In this document: positions 24,985-36,037 of the stretch, in pieces
Numbering within the stretch: the stretch's first letter is position 1
How the letters are laid out: the number at the start of each line of letters is the position of its first letter
Translations under genes and position numbers: made by a program
Assembly: GCA_020891255.1 (NCBI GenBank)
Contig: BQFW01000011.1
Location: 558,001 to 622,000, forward strand
From: Entomortierella parvispora E1425
Taxonomy: Eukaryota > Fungi > Mortierellomycota
DNA: 64,000 nucleotides
Direction: 5' to 3'
The notes under the pieces: model-generated
Databases searched by the model: none
What the model saw: the letters and a program-made list of their open reading frames with translations, nothing else
Told to the model about the DNA's origin: nothing

Positions 24985-26511
24985 TCAATCGGCATACATG
25001 TCCACATCCTCGTCCTCTCCTGTTGCTGTCGATCCCTGAGCCTGCTTCCTTGCCTTTGCATTTTCCAACTCTGCTTTAGCTCTTCCTTTTCCTTCGTCAA
25101 TCAATGTACTGAGCTTGCCCTCCTGTGCCAGGCCCTTGAGGATCTCATAGATCAACGGCACAAAGTTATGACGACGCAGCTTGTTCTCCCGAGCCTGCTT
25201 CGTCCTCTTTTCTTGTTCCTTTTGAATATCTCCCTTCATATTCTCAATCTCGGATCTAAGCCAGCTTCCGATCTCAAGGCCATCACTCCCTTCCTTCTCC
25301 TGGAGAGCCTTTAGTTGGCTTTGGTACTCGGCCATTTTGGACTCATAAACATTGATCCTGTCATCGACCACCGCCATCAAGTTGAATCGGATTTCGCCTC
25401 CTGCGTAACGATCCATACGCTCCTGGATAATGGGCCCCACTTGATCCAACCAGGAATCGCCGGGACAGGGGCCATGGTTCCGTGGTCCCTCCTGCAATCC
25501 GTCCAGTTCGTAGAGATTGCCATTGATAGGTGTATAGGCGATAAAGTGGAAAAGATCCTCGCTTTCTTTAGAACTTGGATCATGCATGTCGTTGACAAAA
25601 GGGTCTGAACGAGCAAACGAATTATGCACTGTCCTGATTACGTCCGAGTTTGAGATAGCATGTCCTTTCAGCTGTGAATGAGGAGGTAAAGGGTTTTGTT
25701 AGCGCCTCTGCTGCTACTGAGAATCACTGTAAGCTGAAAATAGCCGACTATGGTCTTTGGGAGAAGCCTTACCTCTGCTGGAAAGTCAGAGACGAACGAT
25801 TTGAAGTTTGTCAGCTCCTCGCCCAAGTCGATCGTCGCCGAATTCAACAGGATAGAGAGGATAGCCTGGGTCGCGCATGCATTATTGATCACCTGGATAA
25901 AAACGTCAAAAAATAAGTTGTTTAAGAACTTCATCTGTACCAGACAACTAGACATGTTATTCCTTGTTTCAAGGACTCCCGTCTTTTACCTGCTGGGCAA
26001 AGAAAACATCTGGGTTGTCGTACTCAATGGGTGCCAACTTTCCTGATGCAGCTGGGTCTCGTCCTTGCCATTTGAACAGAAAGATCAATCCATGAACAGG
26101 CCTACATATTGTCGAAAATAACAGTGTTTTCATAAGTGCAAAGCATCGGTGCTTGGACATGATAAACGGCTATACCGTCCTTGCATGTTTCGCCTCAAGA
26201 CTGTTCCAAACACCTACTTGAGGTCCTCCAGAGTCTCTCTGTCAATCGAGTAAATCTCTTCCACCTGAACACCGTTTACTCCAATGCCCTTGATCAATCC
26301 TGAAAAGACTCCTAATAATGATAATAATAAATGGTTGATCCAGAAAAGAGACGATAGAGTCAGACACCACTCATATATGGTCTTGAATTCCTCATGTACG
26401 CCCTCCATTGCGAGGAAAGGCCCATGATCTCCAGAACGTTCCCATCTCTACAGAGGCGTTGCGTTTACCAGGATCACTTTCAATGAGGCACCAGTTTCCT
26501 GAATCTGACAT
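24985..26511 (-). CDS. UCH37: Ubiquitin C-terminal hydrolase UCH37/UCHL5, multi-exon
   Basis: 'MSDSGNWCLIESDPG', catalytic Cys 'QVINNACATQA', 'FHFIAY' (His), 'LYELDG' (Asp), and C-terminal 'RRHNFVPLI' UCH37-like domain. Confidence 0.93.
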
Positions 26512-26901
26512 TGTAGGCAAAAAATAAATAAAAGTCGGGTATCGGTTCTTCCGGGTTTGTCCTGGTCCTGAAATCCGCGTCGCTGTGGTTTCTTGAGGTG
26601 CTGATGCAAGCAATGCAAAGCTCTCTTGCCACTGCATTGCGCGTCGCCAAAAGTGACTGCTTCTTTGATTGTGTATGAGTTGCCTGCGCAGAGAGCTCGA
26701 AAAAGACATGTTTTTAATCGTTTTTATTATTTACTGAAATGCTACTATACAAAATGCGACGGAGACACAAAGAAAAGGGAGTGGGGAGAAAGAAAGCGAT
26801 TGAATGGGGTAAATATGACGGCAAGCGGGTGTGTTGGCCTGCTTTTTCTAGTGACTAACACGAGAAGCGGACAAAAAGAAAAGAGCAAAATTGCACCCTA
26901 A

Positions 26902-27897
26902 TTAACAAACATCTACAGCCTGTGGTTGTTGTCCTTGTTGTTGCTGCTGGGCTGCCGCTTGCTGGGCCTCCAACAAAGCCTGCTTCTTCTTTTGCGTGGC
27001 CTGGAACTCTGCTCGCATCTTGAAATAGTCAACATGGAGACCACACTCAGTCTTTTGCTTTCCTTCCCATCGGCCCGATCGCTCATCCTCCAAGTTTGAC
27101 GTGGGTTTGGTCGAGTGCCAGTCTCCAATGGAGCGATAGCCTTGATCCAACAAGGCGTTGAATGGAACCTGGTAAGCTCTCAGATATGTCCAAACTTGTT
27201 GGAACGACCATGTTGCCAGCGGGTTCAATTTCAACAGGCCTGTGCCCTTCTCGACCTCCAAAATCTCAAGCTTGGCCCTGTCACCCTTCTGGGAGCGACG
27301 GCGGCCTGAGATCACGGCCTGAGCGCCTAGTTCTTGATAGGCGCGACGACCGGGCTCGACCTTGACCAGGTAATCGTACGAGACATCGTCCGTCTCCCAG
27401 AGATTTTGACCGTACTCGCGCTCGAAATCAGCTGTGCTTTCGGCATTCAGGGGCTTGTACACCTTCAAGGGGATGTTGTAGTGATCCTGCACCCGCTGGG
27501 CCAAACCGAGGGTTTCTTGAAAGTGATAGAGAGTATCGATAAAGATCAAGGGAACAGGGTGACGACGAGTGTTGTACCCAGACTTTTGAAACCGTTTCTG
27601 CTCCGATGTCGCCTCATCATCCTCTTCATCTTCAGAAGCTGAAGAGGAAGCAGGGGTAGGGTGGACATTGGCGGCGGCTTGTTGATCAATGTGGATACGG
27701 TTGATCATGTCAAGGATGACGAGGCCAGTGGGACCGAAGGCGGTGGTCTGGATGAGTCCTGGAAGGGAGATCATGGCCCACTCGAGGATCTTTTCAGGCG
27801 AAAGCTTCTCCAATTTGGCATTGAGGAACTTCAAGTGCGCAGGAGTGAAGGCAGCAGAGAGAGGAGCAGGGGAGGAGTTGGTTGTGGATTCTGGCAT
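26902..27897 (-). CDS. MET16: Phosphoadenosine phosphosulfate (PAPS) reductase
   Basis: 'QTTAFGPTGLVILDM', 'FIDTLYHF.ETL', 'GRRRSQ..DRA', 'GYRSIGDWHST' and 'ECGLH' motifs in an intact 331-aa ORF. Confidence 0.95.
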   Translation of the reverse strand: MPESTTNSSPAPLSAAFTPAHLKFLNAKLEKLSPEKILEWAMISLPGLIQTTAFGPTGLVILDMINRIHIDQQAAANVHPTPASSSASEDEEDDEATSEQKRFQKSGYNTRRHPVPLIFIDTLYHFQETLGLAQRVQDHYNIPLKVYKPLNAESTADFEREYGQNLWETDDVSYDYLVKVEPGRRAYQELGAQAVISGRRRSQKGDRAKLEILEVEKGTGLLKLNPLATWSFQQVWTYLRAYQVPFNALLDQGYRSIGDWHSTKPTSNLEDERSGRWEGKQKTECGLHVDYFKMRAEFQATQKKKQALLEAQQAAAQQQQQGQQPQAVDVC

Positions 27898-28839
27898 GGT
27901 TGCAAATGTGGATGGGGGTGGGGGTGGGGGTGTTTGTGGAGAGGAGAGAGACTATAGCCGTGTTACTCAGAATGCGGAGAGTGGGGAAGTGGAGAAGGAG
28001 AATCGAGGAACAAAGAAATGAACAGAGATGGATGAAAACGTGGGCGGATAAAGAGTCCGAAGGGTCCAAACTGAGCAGGAAGAAAAGTGAAGTGGAGGAG
28101 AGAGAAGAAACTAGAGGCGGGGGAGAAGACGATGATGATGAAGAAGAAGGATGAGGATGAAGAAGAGAACGGGAAAGGCGAGGCTATAAAGGAGTGTGTC
28201 AGACTGGGGACTGATTTCTCAGCAGCACAGTCCCGAGAAGAAACAGAGGCCCGCGTTTCTGGTCTGTTCTCTGTCTGCTTTGTTATTGCCCCCTCTCCCT
28301 CTTGCAGAGCAAATTGCTGCGTAGATCTGTCTCTTCCCCCATATCTCGTCTCTCCTTCGCCATCGTCCGTGATCGGACCACGCGTGGGGAGAGCCGAGGG
28401 GGCGAATATGGCGTCTTCGCGCGTCGTGATGATACCATCAGACATAGATCTAGAGGAGCAGTCACCTGCAGATAAGCTACTGCTTAAGGGTCTGGTCGCT
28501 TTTTCCTCGTTTCTTTCCTTGGTCTGTGGCCCTGCAACCCTGCCACACCTTCTTGCCTGTCTATTTGTCTCACGTACACTTCACTGCTGATTGGGGGACT
28601 AGACGTTGGATCCTTTTGGTGCGTACACACCACACACCCACACAGGCATGATACACAGAAAAACACTATATATGCATGAAATGGACAAGCAAGGAAAGGA
28701 AAGAGAGAGAGAGAGCTTTGTTTGTCATTATTGTACGAATATGAAGATGATACGATGCTATTATGAAGTGAAGATGAAGGAGATGGACGAGGGAAACGAC
28801 AGGTGAAGCTTTTCTTTTCTTTCCCTTTCTACAGGATGT

Positions 28840-31309
28840 CTAGACAGGCGCAGGGATCGGGTTGTAGGCGAGGCCACCGAGGGCGCAATGGTCGAGTGCA
28901 GCAGCGTTGGGATCCGCGAGGTTGGGATTGGGGTTCAAATACCAATAGGGCATCTTGCCTTCCCAAGATTGGATGGCAAAGAAGATGATCAAACCACAGA
29001 TGGCCACACCCGTGTCCAAAGCAGCCGAGGTCAAGTAGTTGTAACGAGCCCACCAGTCATAACGGTAACGTCTGAGCAAGAACGCAAAGATGAAGCCAAG
29101 GACGAGACCGTTCGTGTAGAAGTAAGGCAGGGCTGGGGGCATGTTCGAGGTAGCAGCCAACAACACGGGCCAGTGGACGTATTTAAGCCACATCACATGA
29201 GGGAACATCTTGGTGGCGTACCAGAAGGGAATGGGCAAGATCGCGCCGACCAAGAAACCCCACTGGACGGGGCTGTAAAGAGCTCCCTCCAAGTTACCGA
29301 AGACACGGGCAGGGCCAATGGCTCCCCAGATGATGGAGGCCGAGTAGAAGGTGTTGGTGGAACGGCAGGTGAAAGGGTAGCCCTGGGGGGTGCAGATGTT
29401 GGGACGAGTGTTGACCAACCAGGTGGCAGTCGACAGGTTAATAACACCAGAGATCAAAGTCGAGACGATCTGGGCCATGAACATGATTCTTGGGGGGATC
29501 TTCATGTAGTGACCCAACTTCAAATCGGCTGTGAAGGCAAGGGCCTGGATGTTGACAATGTAACCATAGGTCTTGAATGTGACGTTGGCAATGGCATGTC
29601 CTGGCAAAAGGTAACCGATAACGTACTCTGTCACAATGTTCAAACCAGGCTGCTGGTTGGTTACGGCCTGGACGATACCGACGGGCAGAACAAAGAACAC
29701 GGCCAAACCAACTGCCAAGAAAACGGCCCACCAAGGCATGTAGTCCCAAACGACACAAGTGACAAAGGAGAGACCCAAAGACGCGACAAACAAGAACATG
29801 TACCACCAGTCGGGCACCTCGGGGTAGACGCGCATCAAACGAGAGTGAATATCCTCATTCTCGGCACGGGCAGATCTCCAGCGGGCCAGCATTTCTGTGC
29901 CGTTGTAGAGAATGACGTGGACAACAGTCGCGGTCAAACCAGCAAAGCCGACACCATAAGTCAAGGCAAAGAAAGAGTCCATACGAACAGGTCCGTAGGC
30001 CAAGTACTTTTCATCCGCCAAGACGTTGTTGGTCAAGATCAGGGACTTGTTGTACTCGGTTCCGTCCTCACGGAAAAGATCGGCCGAGAGGATGGGGAAG
30101 TTCTTGGAGTTCCACAGGTTGGTGTAGTAAGCCCAGGGGACCATGACATAGACGACGAGAATAAAACCGATCAAGATGTTGACCTGGGCGAACCAAGGGG
30201 TAACCAAGGGCTGAACATAGTAAGAGGCAGCAGCCCAGTCCAAGGCAATGGTACCGATGCCAAGACCGTTGGAGCCGGTCAATTGCGCCAAAACAACATT
30301 GTTGGGCGCAATCCAGCAGATCCAGGAGATGACACCAATGGTGGGTGCAATAAAACCAGGGAACCAGTACCAGAGGAAGGATCCGAAGCTGACAAGCATG
30401 AAATACTGCATACGGTTCATTCTTCCAACATCCTCCTGCAACTCGGTGGTAGTGTGAAGGGAACGGAAGAGTGAGGCCGTAACCAGGGTCGAGGGCCAGA
30501 TCATGTGGGCAGGACGGATCAAGAACTTGCGGAGAGCACCAGCAAGGGCGAAACCAGTGACCTGTGTTGTGAAGACGAGCAAGAGACCAGCAATGAAGGG
30601 CTGCTCAGAGTCGTAGTAAAGCTTTTGCAAGATGACGATATCAACAGCGTAGGCAGTACTGGTGTTGACGGCGGTCATAGTTCCGATCAAGATATGCTCC
30701 TTGATCGAGAAGGGACCAGGGTTGAGGGAAAAGGATGTACCAAAGATGTGGAAATCACCAGTGGGGAGGATGCGAGCCATGAGATGGCCGAGAGGTAAAG
30801 ACACCAACGCGACAACCGAGTAACCGATCGAGATCTGAGTTTGACGCAAATAAAAGAACTGGTTCACAAAGGAGACAGCGGCTGGAGAGTGAGAGTAGAT
30901 GGAAGAAAGGAAAATCAGTTGCTTAGAGGATTGTTGTGTGGATGTTGTGGCAGGACTGACGATCGATCTCTATCGAGGTTTACCTGTGAAAAGCAATCCC
31001 AAGAACCACATGCGGAAGGTATTGCAAGGCATGTTGGGATCATCCGTGTCTGTTGATCAAAAAGGGAAGAGATATCATGGTGTGAGTTGGAGGTCGAGTG
31101 GCTGTGGATATGTGGAGAGTTGTCAGTACTAGAGGCGATGGGGTGGCACAGTCAGCTCACGTACTGGAAATAGTGACACGGACTTCCTCGATGGGTGAGT
31201 CGTCCTCTTCCTCCAAGTCATAGTCAGCATCAAGGTGGTCGGCCTTGTCGTCGTCCACCCGTTCAGTGATGTACTCTTCCTTCTCTATGGTGTATTCTTC
31301 CTTCTCCAT
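28840..31309 (-). CDS. Oligopeptide transporter (OPT family), multi-exon
   Basis: 'DSPIEEVRVTIS', 'NQFF', 'NPGPFSIKEH', 'WPSTLV', 'GYIVNIQAL.F.ADLKLGHYMKIPPR', and many TM helices. Confidence 0.93.
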
Positions 31310-34153
31310 GGTGAGGACAGGGGAATAGGTGTGTGGGTAAGGGGGTGCAAGTGGGTTGTTGGAGTAATGAGATCAGTTGAGGGGCGTGGAGTGAATGTGT
31401 GCTGATCTGTGCGTGAACGGAGAAAGGAGTGGAAGGGGGCGACAGGATACGAGGATGGGGAGAAGAGAGACGAGGGAGAGGAGAGGGGGAAGAGAAAAGA
31501 GGAAAGAGGATCGCAAGCAGAAAAGAGGCGGACATGGCGGAGATTGCCAAGGGTGCGTGCTTTTATATGGCCGCTGTTTTTTGCGCAAATGGACACCAGG
31601 GTCATGGCCCCAATTGACCATCCCAGGAAGCTACGAGAGAAAAAAAAACGGCTGTCCACCAGTTGCAACGGTAGGCTATGAGGCGATTATACTCTCGAGC
31701 CCCAGCAAGCGACGATTAAAAAAAGAAAGTGCTCTCGTACCCCTCTGCGCTGCGGGGGGATGTTCATTTATCCTCTGTGCTTCTGTACGCATCCGCGCCA
31801 TGTCCGCGGCGCACAAACAAGGGAACACAGAGACGAATTATCTAATTTGCGAGTGGCCCATGGCCGTTCATGTCAACAAACAAACCGTCATCAATACTTC
31901 TTTGGGAACAGTTTTTTTTTTCTTTTTCTTTTTCGATGCCCATTTCTGTCCCTACCCACACAAACTCAAGATCAGGCACACCTCTAGGACATGCCTATGC
32001 TGTTGTGTGGAAGACAGCCGGGTGCGAACAGGCTGCGAGACAGGAAAACACTGATGTGGTCGACAGTAGCCGTAATGTCTTTTTTGTGTTTTTTTTTTCA
32101 TCTTCCGCAAAATTATGAAAAGCCAAAGGGTGTCACTCACTTCCACATTTCACTTTCCTATCAACATCTCCAGCAGGATCCCCTGATGGAGTTTGAAACA
32201 GACTTTTTTTTCAAGTCGACAAGCGGATGGGCCTCCTGTCTATATCTGTCTCTTATCCTCCGTGCACTGCCATCGTGCGATGGGGTGGGTAAATGGGTAC
32301 CTCGATGAGAGCATGCATCCCATTTACAGGTACCATTTCTCTAGTGCTCTTCTCGAGAAGAGGCCCTACGTGTACGTTTGTAGTATGTACAGTACTTTGG
32401 AAGGAAACTTGATTGCATTTTCGAGAACATATGGCCGCTGCTAACTCTCTATGTTTGTAGTGTATCAGATGGGTAGTGAGTAAATGGGACGCCCCTGCTT
32501 CCCATGTTCATTGCCTCCGTTACGTGTCATCTTGTAGCAAACAGTTAAGACCGCGAAGCAAAATTGGGGATCCGTCATTTTTATTATTGTTATTCCAAAG
32601 CAAACAGGCAAAAAGAGAGAGAGAAACGATAGTGGGAAACCAAAGAGGGTGCAAAACTTCCATTGAGCCCTTTCTTTTTCTCTCTCATTTTATTTTTTGG
32701 ATGTTGGTGAGATCAACAAGGAGCGAAAGGGATCGCTACCCGGGATCGCTTGACAAAATGGCTGCATGCAGTAGGCCATTTTTTCTCAATCCTATCTGAG
32801 AAAGGAAGTGATGCACGAGAGTCACTTGTCCATCTGAGTGGAGTCTTCCAATAAACAATACCTGTGCCACCTGTTCACATCCAAAAGCCAAAGCCTGCAG
32901 AAAGGAACGCTGGGAAAAATGCCAGCCCAAAGAGAGCAGAAGCTGTGGCGGGCAATGAAAAAAAATCCACCCAAAAAAAAAACCTCACAGCCAGCAAGTC
33001 GGATCAAGATGCGGAAGGAATCCACCTTTTCCCCCCGTTTCTCTATTGTCAATCGTCCCAATTGCCAGCTGTAGCTCATGACTCGCTCTGACTTGCAAAA
33101 TAATTGCGCACCATCTTTTTCATGTTCAGCATCAGCACCAATGGTCCAGTCCCTGAGTCCAAATGTCGAGAGACGCTGGCCTTCTTCTCGTTTTTTAGTC
33201 CCGACATCCGCGTTCACGCGGGGGCATGTCACGCTTGAGAAAAAGTCCGTTTAGGCATTGTTGATATAAGATGCACATGAACGCTAGCCCATGAGAAGCA
33301 AGCGGTAGATGGGCGCAAGACTCCGATAAGGATCTATGGTCCAGTGGCCCCAACACTCCATTCGAATGGATCGAGTTGTCCAAATATGGTGTCTCTGGAG
33401 CAGCTACAGTAGTATGGTGGCGGACCTCCCTGGAGACCAAAATTGCGAATCTTCAACTATTTAGACCTTGAGACTCTTAGCTATCCTCTGCTCCCTCAAG
33501 TGCTGATTGGTGTCTATGCATCCTAATCTTGTCCGACATACATGGTGCATCTACCCTGTTTTTTGAATGGGTGCTTCATTACTGGGTGCTCGAGCCGTTG
33601 GTTCGATTTTTGTACGACAAACAATGCACGGGCAATGGGGGCCGGGGCTGGGTGGCCCCCTCCTCAAAGAAATGCTTACCCACGAACTTACGGCAAAATA
33701 AAAAATAAAAAATCTGCGCCCTTTCAACTTGCCTTGGATTCTTTCTTCAGCTCAAGACACCTCAAAGGCGAGGTAGCTAAAATCCCGCAATTGTTTCTTT
33801 GGTTTTGCCTTTTCGTAAGAGCTTGGTGCAAATTGGCCTTCCTGGGAGCCTGTTTTCACACATGAAGTCGTGAGAAAGCATCTCCTATTCCTGTCATTTT
33901 ACTTTTTCTAGTCTTGACAACCGATCGGACCTTCAGGATGCTCTGTCAAATAAGAGATGCAAGGCGGAGCAGTTGCATGCACCTTGGTCAATTGGTCCAG
34001 AACGTCCTAGACATAGTGTCGTTCTTGTCAAATGGACGCGTTGCAGACAGAACCATTCTTACCTCGGATTCAAAGGGTTGGCACACAGTGCGGGTATTTA
34101 TTAATGTCATGGTTCCTAAAGAATAGTATATACAGAGTCAAGAGGCTATCTCT

Positions 34154-35604
34154 CTACTCTTTAGGTTGGTCAAACTCCTTACGGACATTCTTTGTAAATT
34201 CGGCATCGAGCAAAACGTCCAAGCCAGTCAGGGACATGGCCTTGGAAGCACGAATGGCGGTCTGGTGTGCAACCTCTGTTCCGGCGCGTTCGGCAAACAG
34301 AACCGAGTGCGTTGACAGACCTGGTTCGCGAACACCTTCCATACTAGCAATGTTGAAGACTGGATGGAACCCAGGCATGGCCACTGTGACATTGCCCATA
34401 TCGGTCGATCCTGTTGGGAAAGTTTCGTCGACCTGTCGTTCCTGGAACTTGGCGCCAAAGGTTTCCATATAAGATCTGAATCGCTCTGTCAACTGGGAAT
34501 TGTTGTTCAATGGCATGTATTCCATGACCTTTTCCACCTTGACCGTGCATCCTGTTGCCTCTGCTGCTGCATCAAGAATCTCAATGATTTGGTCGTGCAG
34601 TTTGACAAGATCTGGGTTCTTAACGGCACGGTACATGATCACAGCTGTGACCAGTTCGGGAATAACTAACACGCAGAAAGTTAGTAAGGACGAGTGAGTA
34701 GACGTTCAAAATGTAATAGGACGTTCTTGATAGGGTGAGAAAGTTGCATACTGTTGGCTGCTTGACCGCCATTGGTGATGATGGAATGGATCCTGTTGCT
34801 GGGCAATGTCTGTTGGCGCAAAAGACCAATGGCATTGTAAGCCATCGTCATAGCATCGAGTGCGTTGATGCCTGCACAAGGTAAGGAGAGATTCATTCAT
34901 TAGACAAGTGGAAACTCCTTCCCTTCTGCTCCATTTAAAGCATTCATTGTCCACGCATCTACACCGCCGTCTCTTAGTTTGCGACAGAAAAGCGTGCCCT
35001 GCTTACCTTCCCATGGCATCGCAGACGCATGTGCTGCCTTCCCATGAAACTCCACCTCCAGCCTTCCAACGCCCAACGGCTGACGGTATAGAATATCAAA
35101 CTGGCCTGGATGAACCATCAGGCATGCATCCAAGCCCTCAAATGCACCCCTCTCCAACATGGGTCTCTTCCCGCCTAGAGTCTCCTCTGCTGGTGTTCCC
35201 AAAAGACGAACTCGGCCTCTAATTTTGTGCTTCTCCATAGCCTCCTTCACTCCCAAAGCGGCACCCACACCTGCAATTGCAATCAGGTTATGGCCGCATC
35301 CATGTCCAATCGAGGGCAGGGCGTCAAACTCGGAGCAGAAGCCGATGGATCGAATTGGCGTGCCAAACGCAGCCTTGTCTGCACCGGGGTGTTCATACTC
35401 GGCAATGAAGGCAGTAGGGATATCGCAGGCATGTTTAGTGACATGGAACCCGTGCGCGGTAAGGAAATCTGTCAGCGTCTTGTGGGCATAGACCTCCTCG
35501 TAGCCAATCTCGGGATGATCATGGATCTTCATGGAGAGCTCGCGTAGCTCAGGCGAGGCCTTTTCGATAGTGGCCTCAACAGTCTTTCCAGGGTTTGTTT
35601 GCAT
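34154..35604 (-). CDS. M20 family amidohydrolase (PM20D2/ACY1L2-like), multi-exon
   Basis: 'IHDHPEIGYEE', 'SEFDALPSIGHGCGHNLI', 'GTPAEE', 'HGKAAHAS.MPWEG|INALD', 'GSTDMGNV'. Confidence 0.92.
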
Positions 35605-35935
35605 TTCTTTTCAAGCGGGGAGTTGAGCAGTGGTCGTTTCCGTGGGGAAAGAGAGATGGAGAGAGAGTAAGAGCGAGAAGTGAACCATTTGTGGCAAGGA
35701 TGATTTTCATGAATGTGCGGTCACAACAGGTGCATAACTTTCTCTTGAGTGGCACAAGGACGTTGGCGGATACGCGAGCAGCGGCTGGAGTAGTTCCCGT
35801 TTGTCCATGTCAGTGAAAGAGATGATGAGAAGAAGAGAGGAGGAACGGTAAGAAGGATGAGCAAAAGTACAAAGAAGGCAAGGAAACATAGCCAGTTCCA
35901 GTTCCTAAGTTGCAGCGGGGAAAAACAGCAAGATG

Positions 35936-36030
35936 AAGTGCGGGGCGCTTTATTTGTCCAGGAGTTTGTGACTCCTTTTCACGAGCCCCACTTTAGAACG
36001 TGCTGGCAAACACGCATATGTTTTTTTTGG
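35936..36030 (-). ncRNA. Candidate Fanzor omegaRNA scaffold
   Basis: Lies immediately 3' of the Fanzor stop codon. 7-bp hairpin at 35998-36015; outer stem AAGTGGGGC/GCCCCGCACTT (35985-35993 with 35936-35946) enclosing a perfect 6-bp hairpin AGGAGT-cacaa-ACTCCT (35960-35976). Position matches known TnpB/Fanzor omegaRNAs. Expression is not shown. Confidence 0.4.
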
Positions 36031-36037
36031 GAAATGT

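Noticed and set aside
28888-30474. 528-aa plus-strand ORF
   Set aside because: Antisense shadow of the OPT transporter exon.
31700-34100. Short ORFs in the 2.8-kb OPT upstream region
   Set aside because: Low-complexity, poly-A/T-rich promoter-like DNA with no supportable product.
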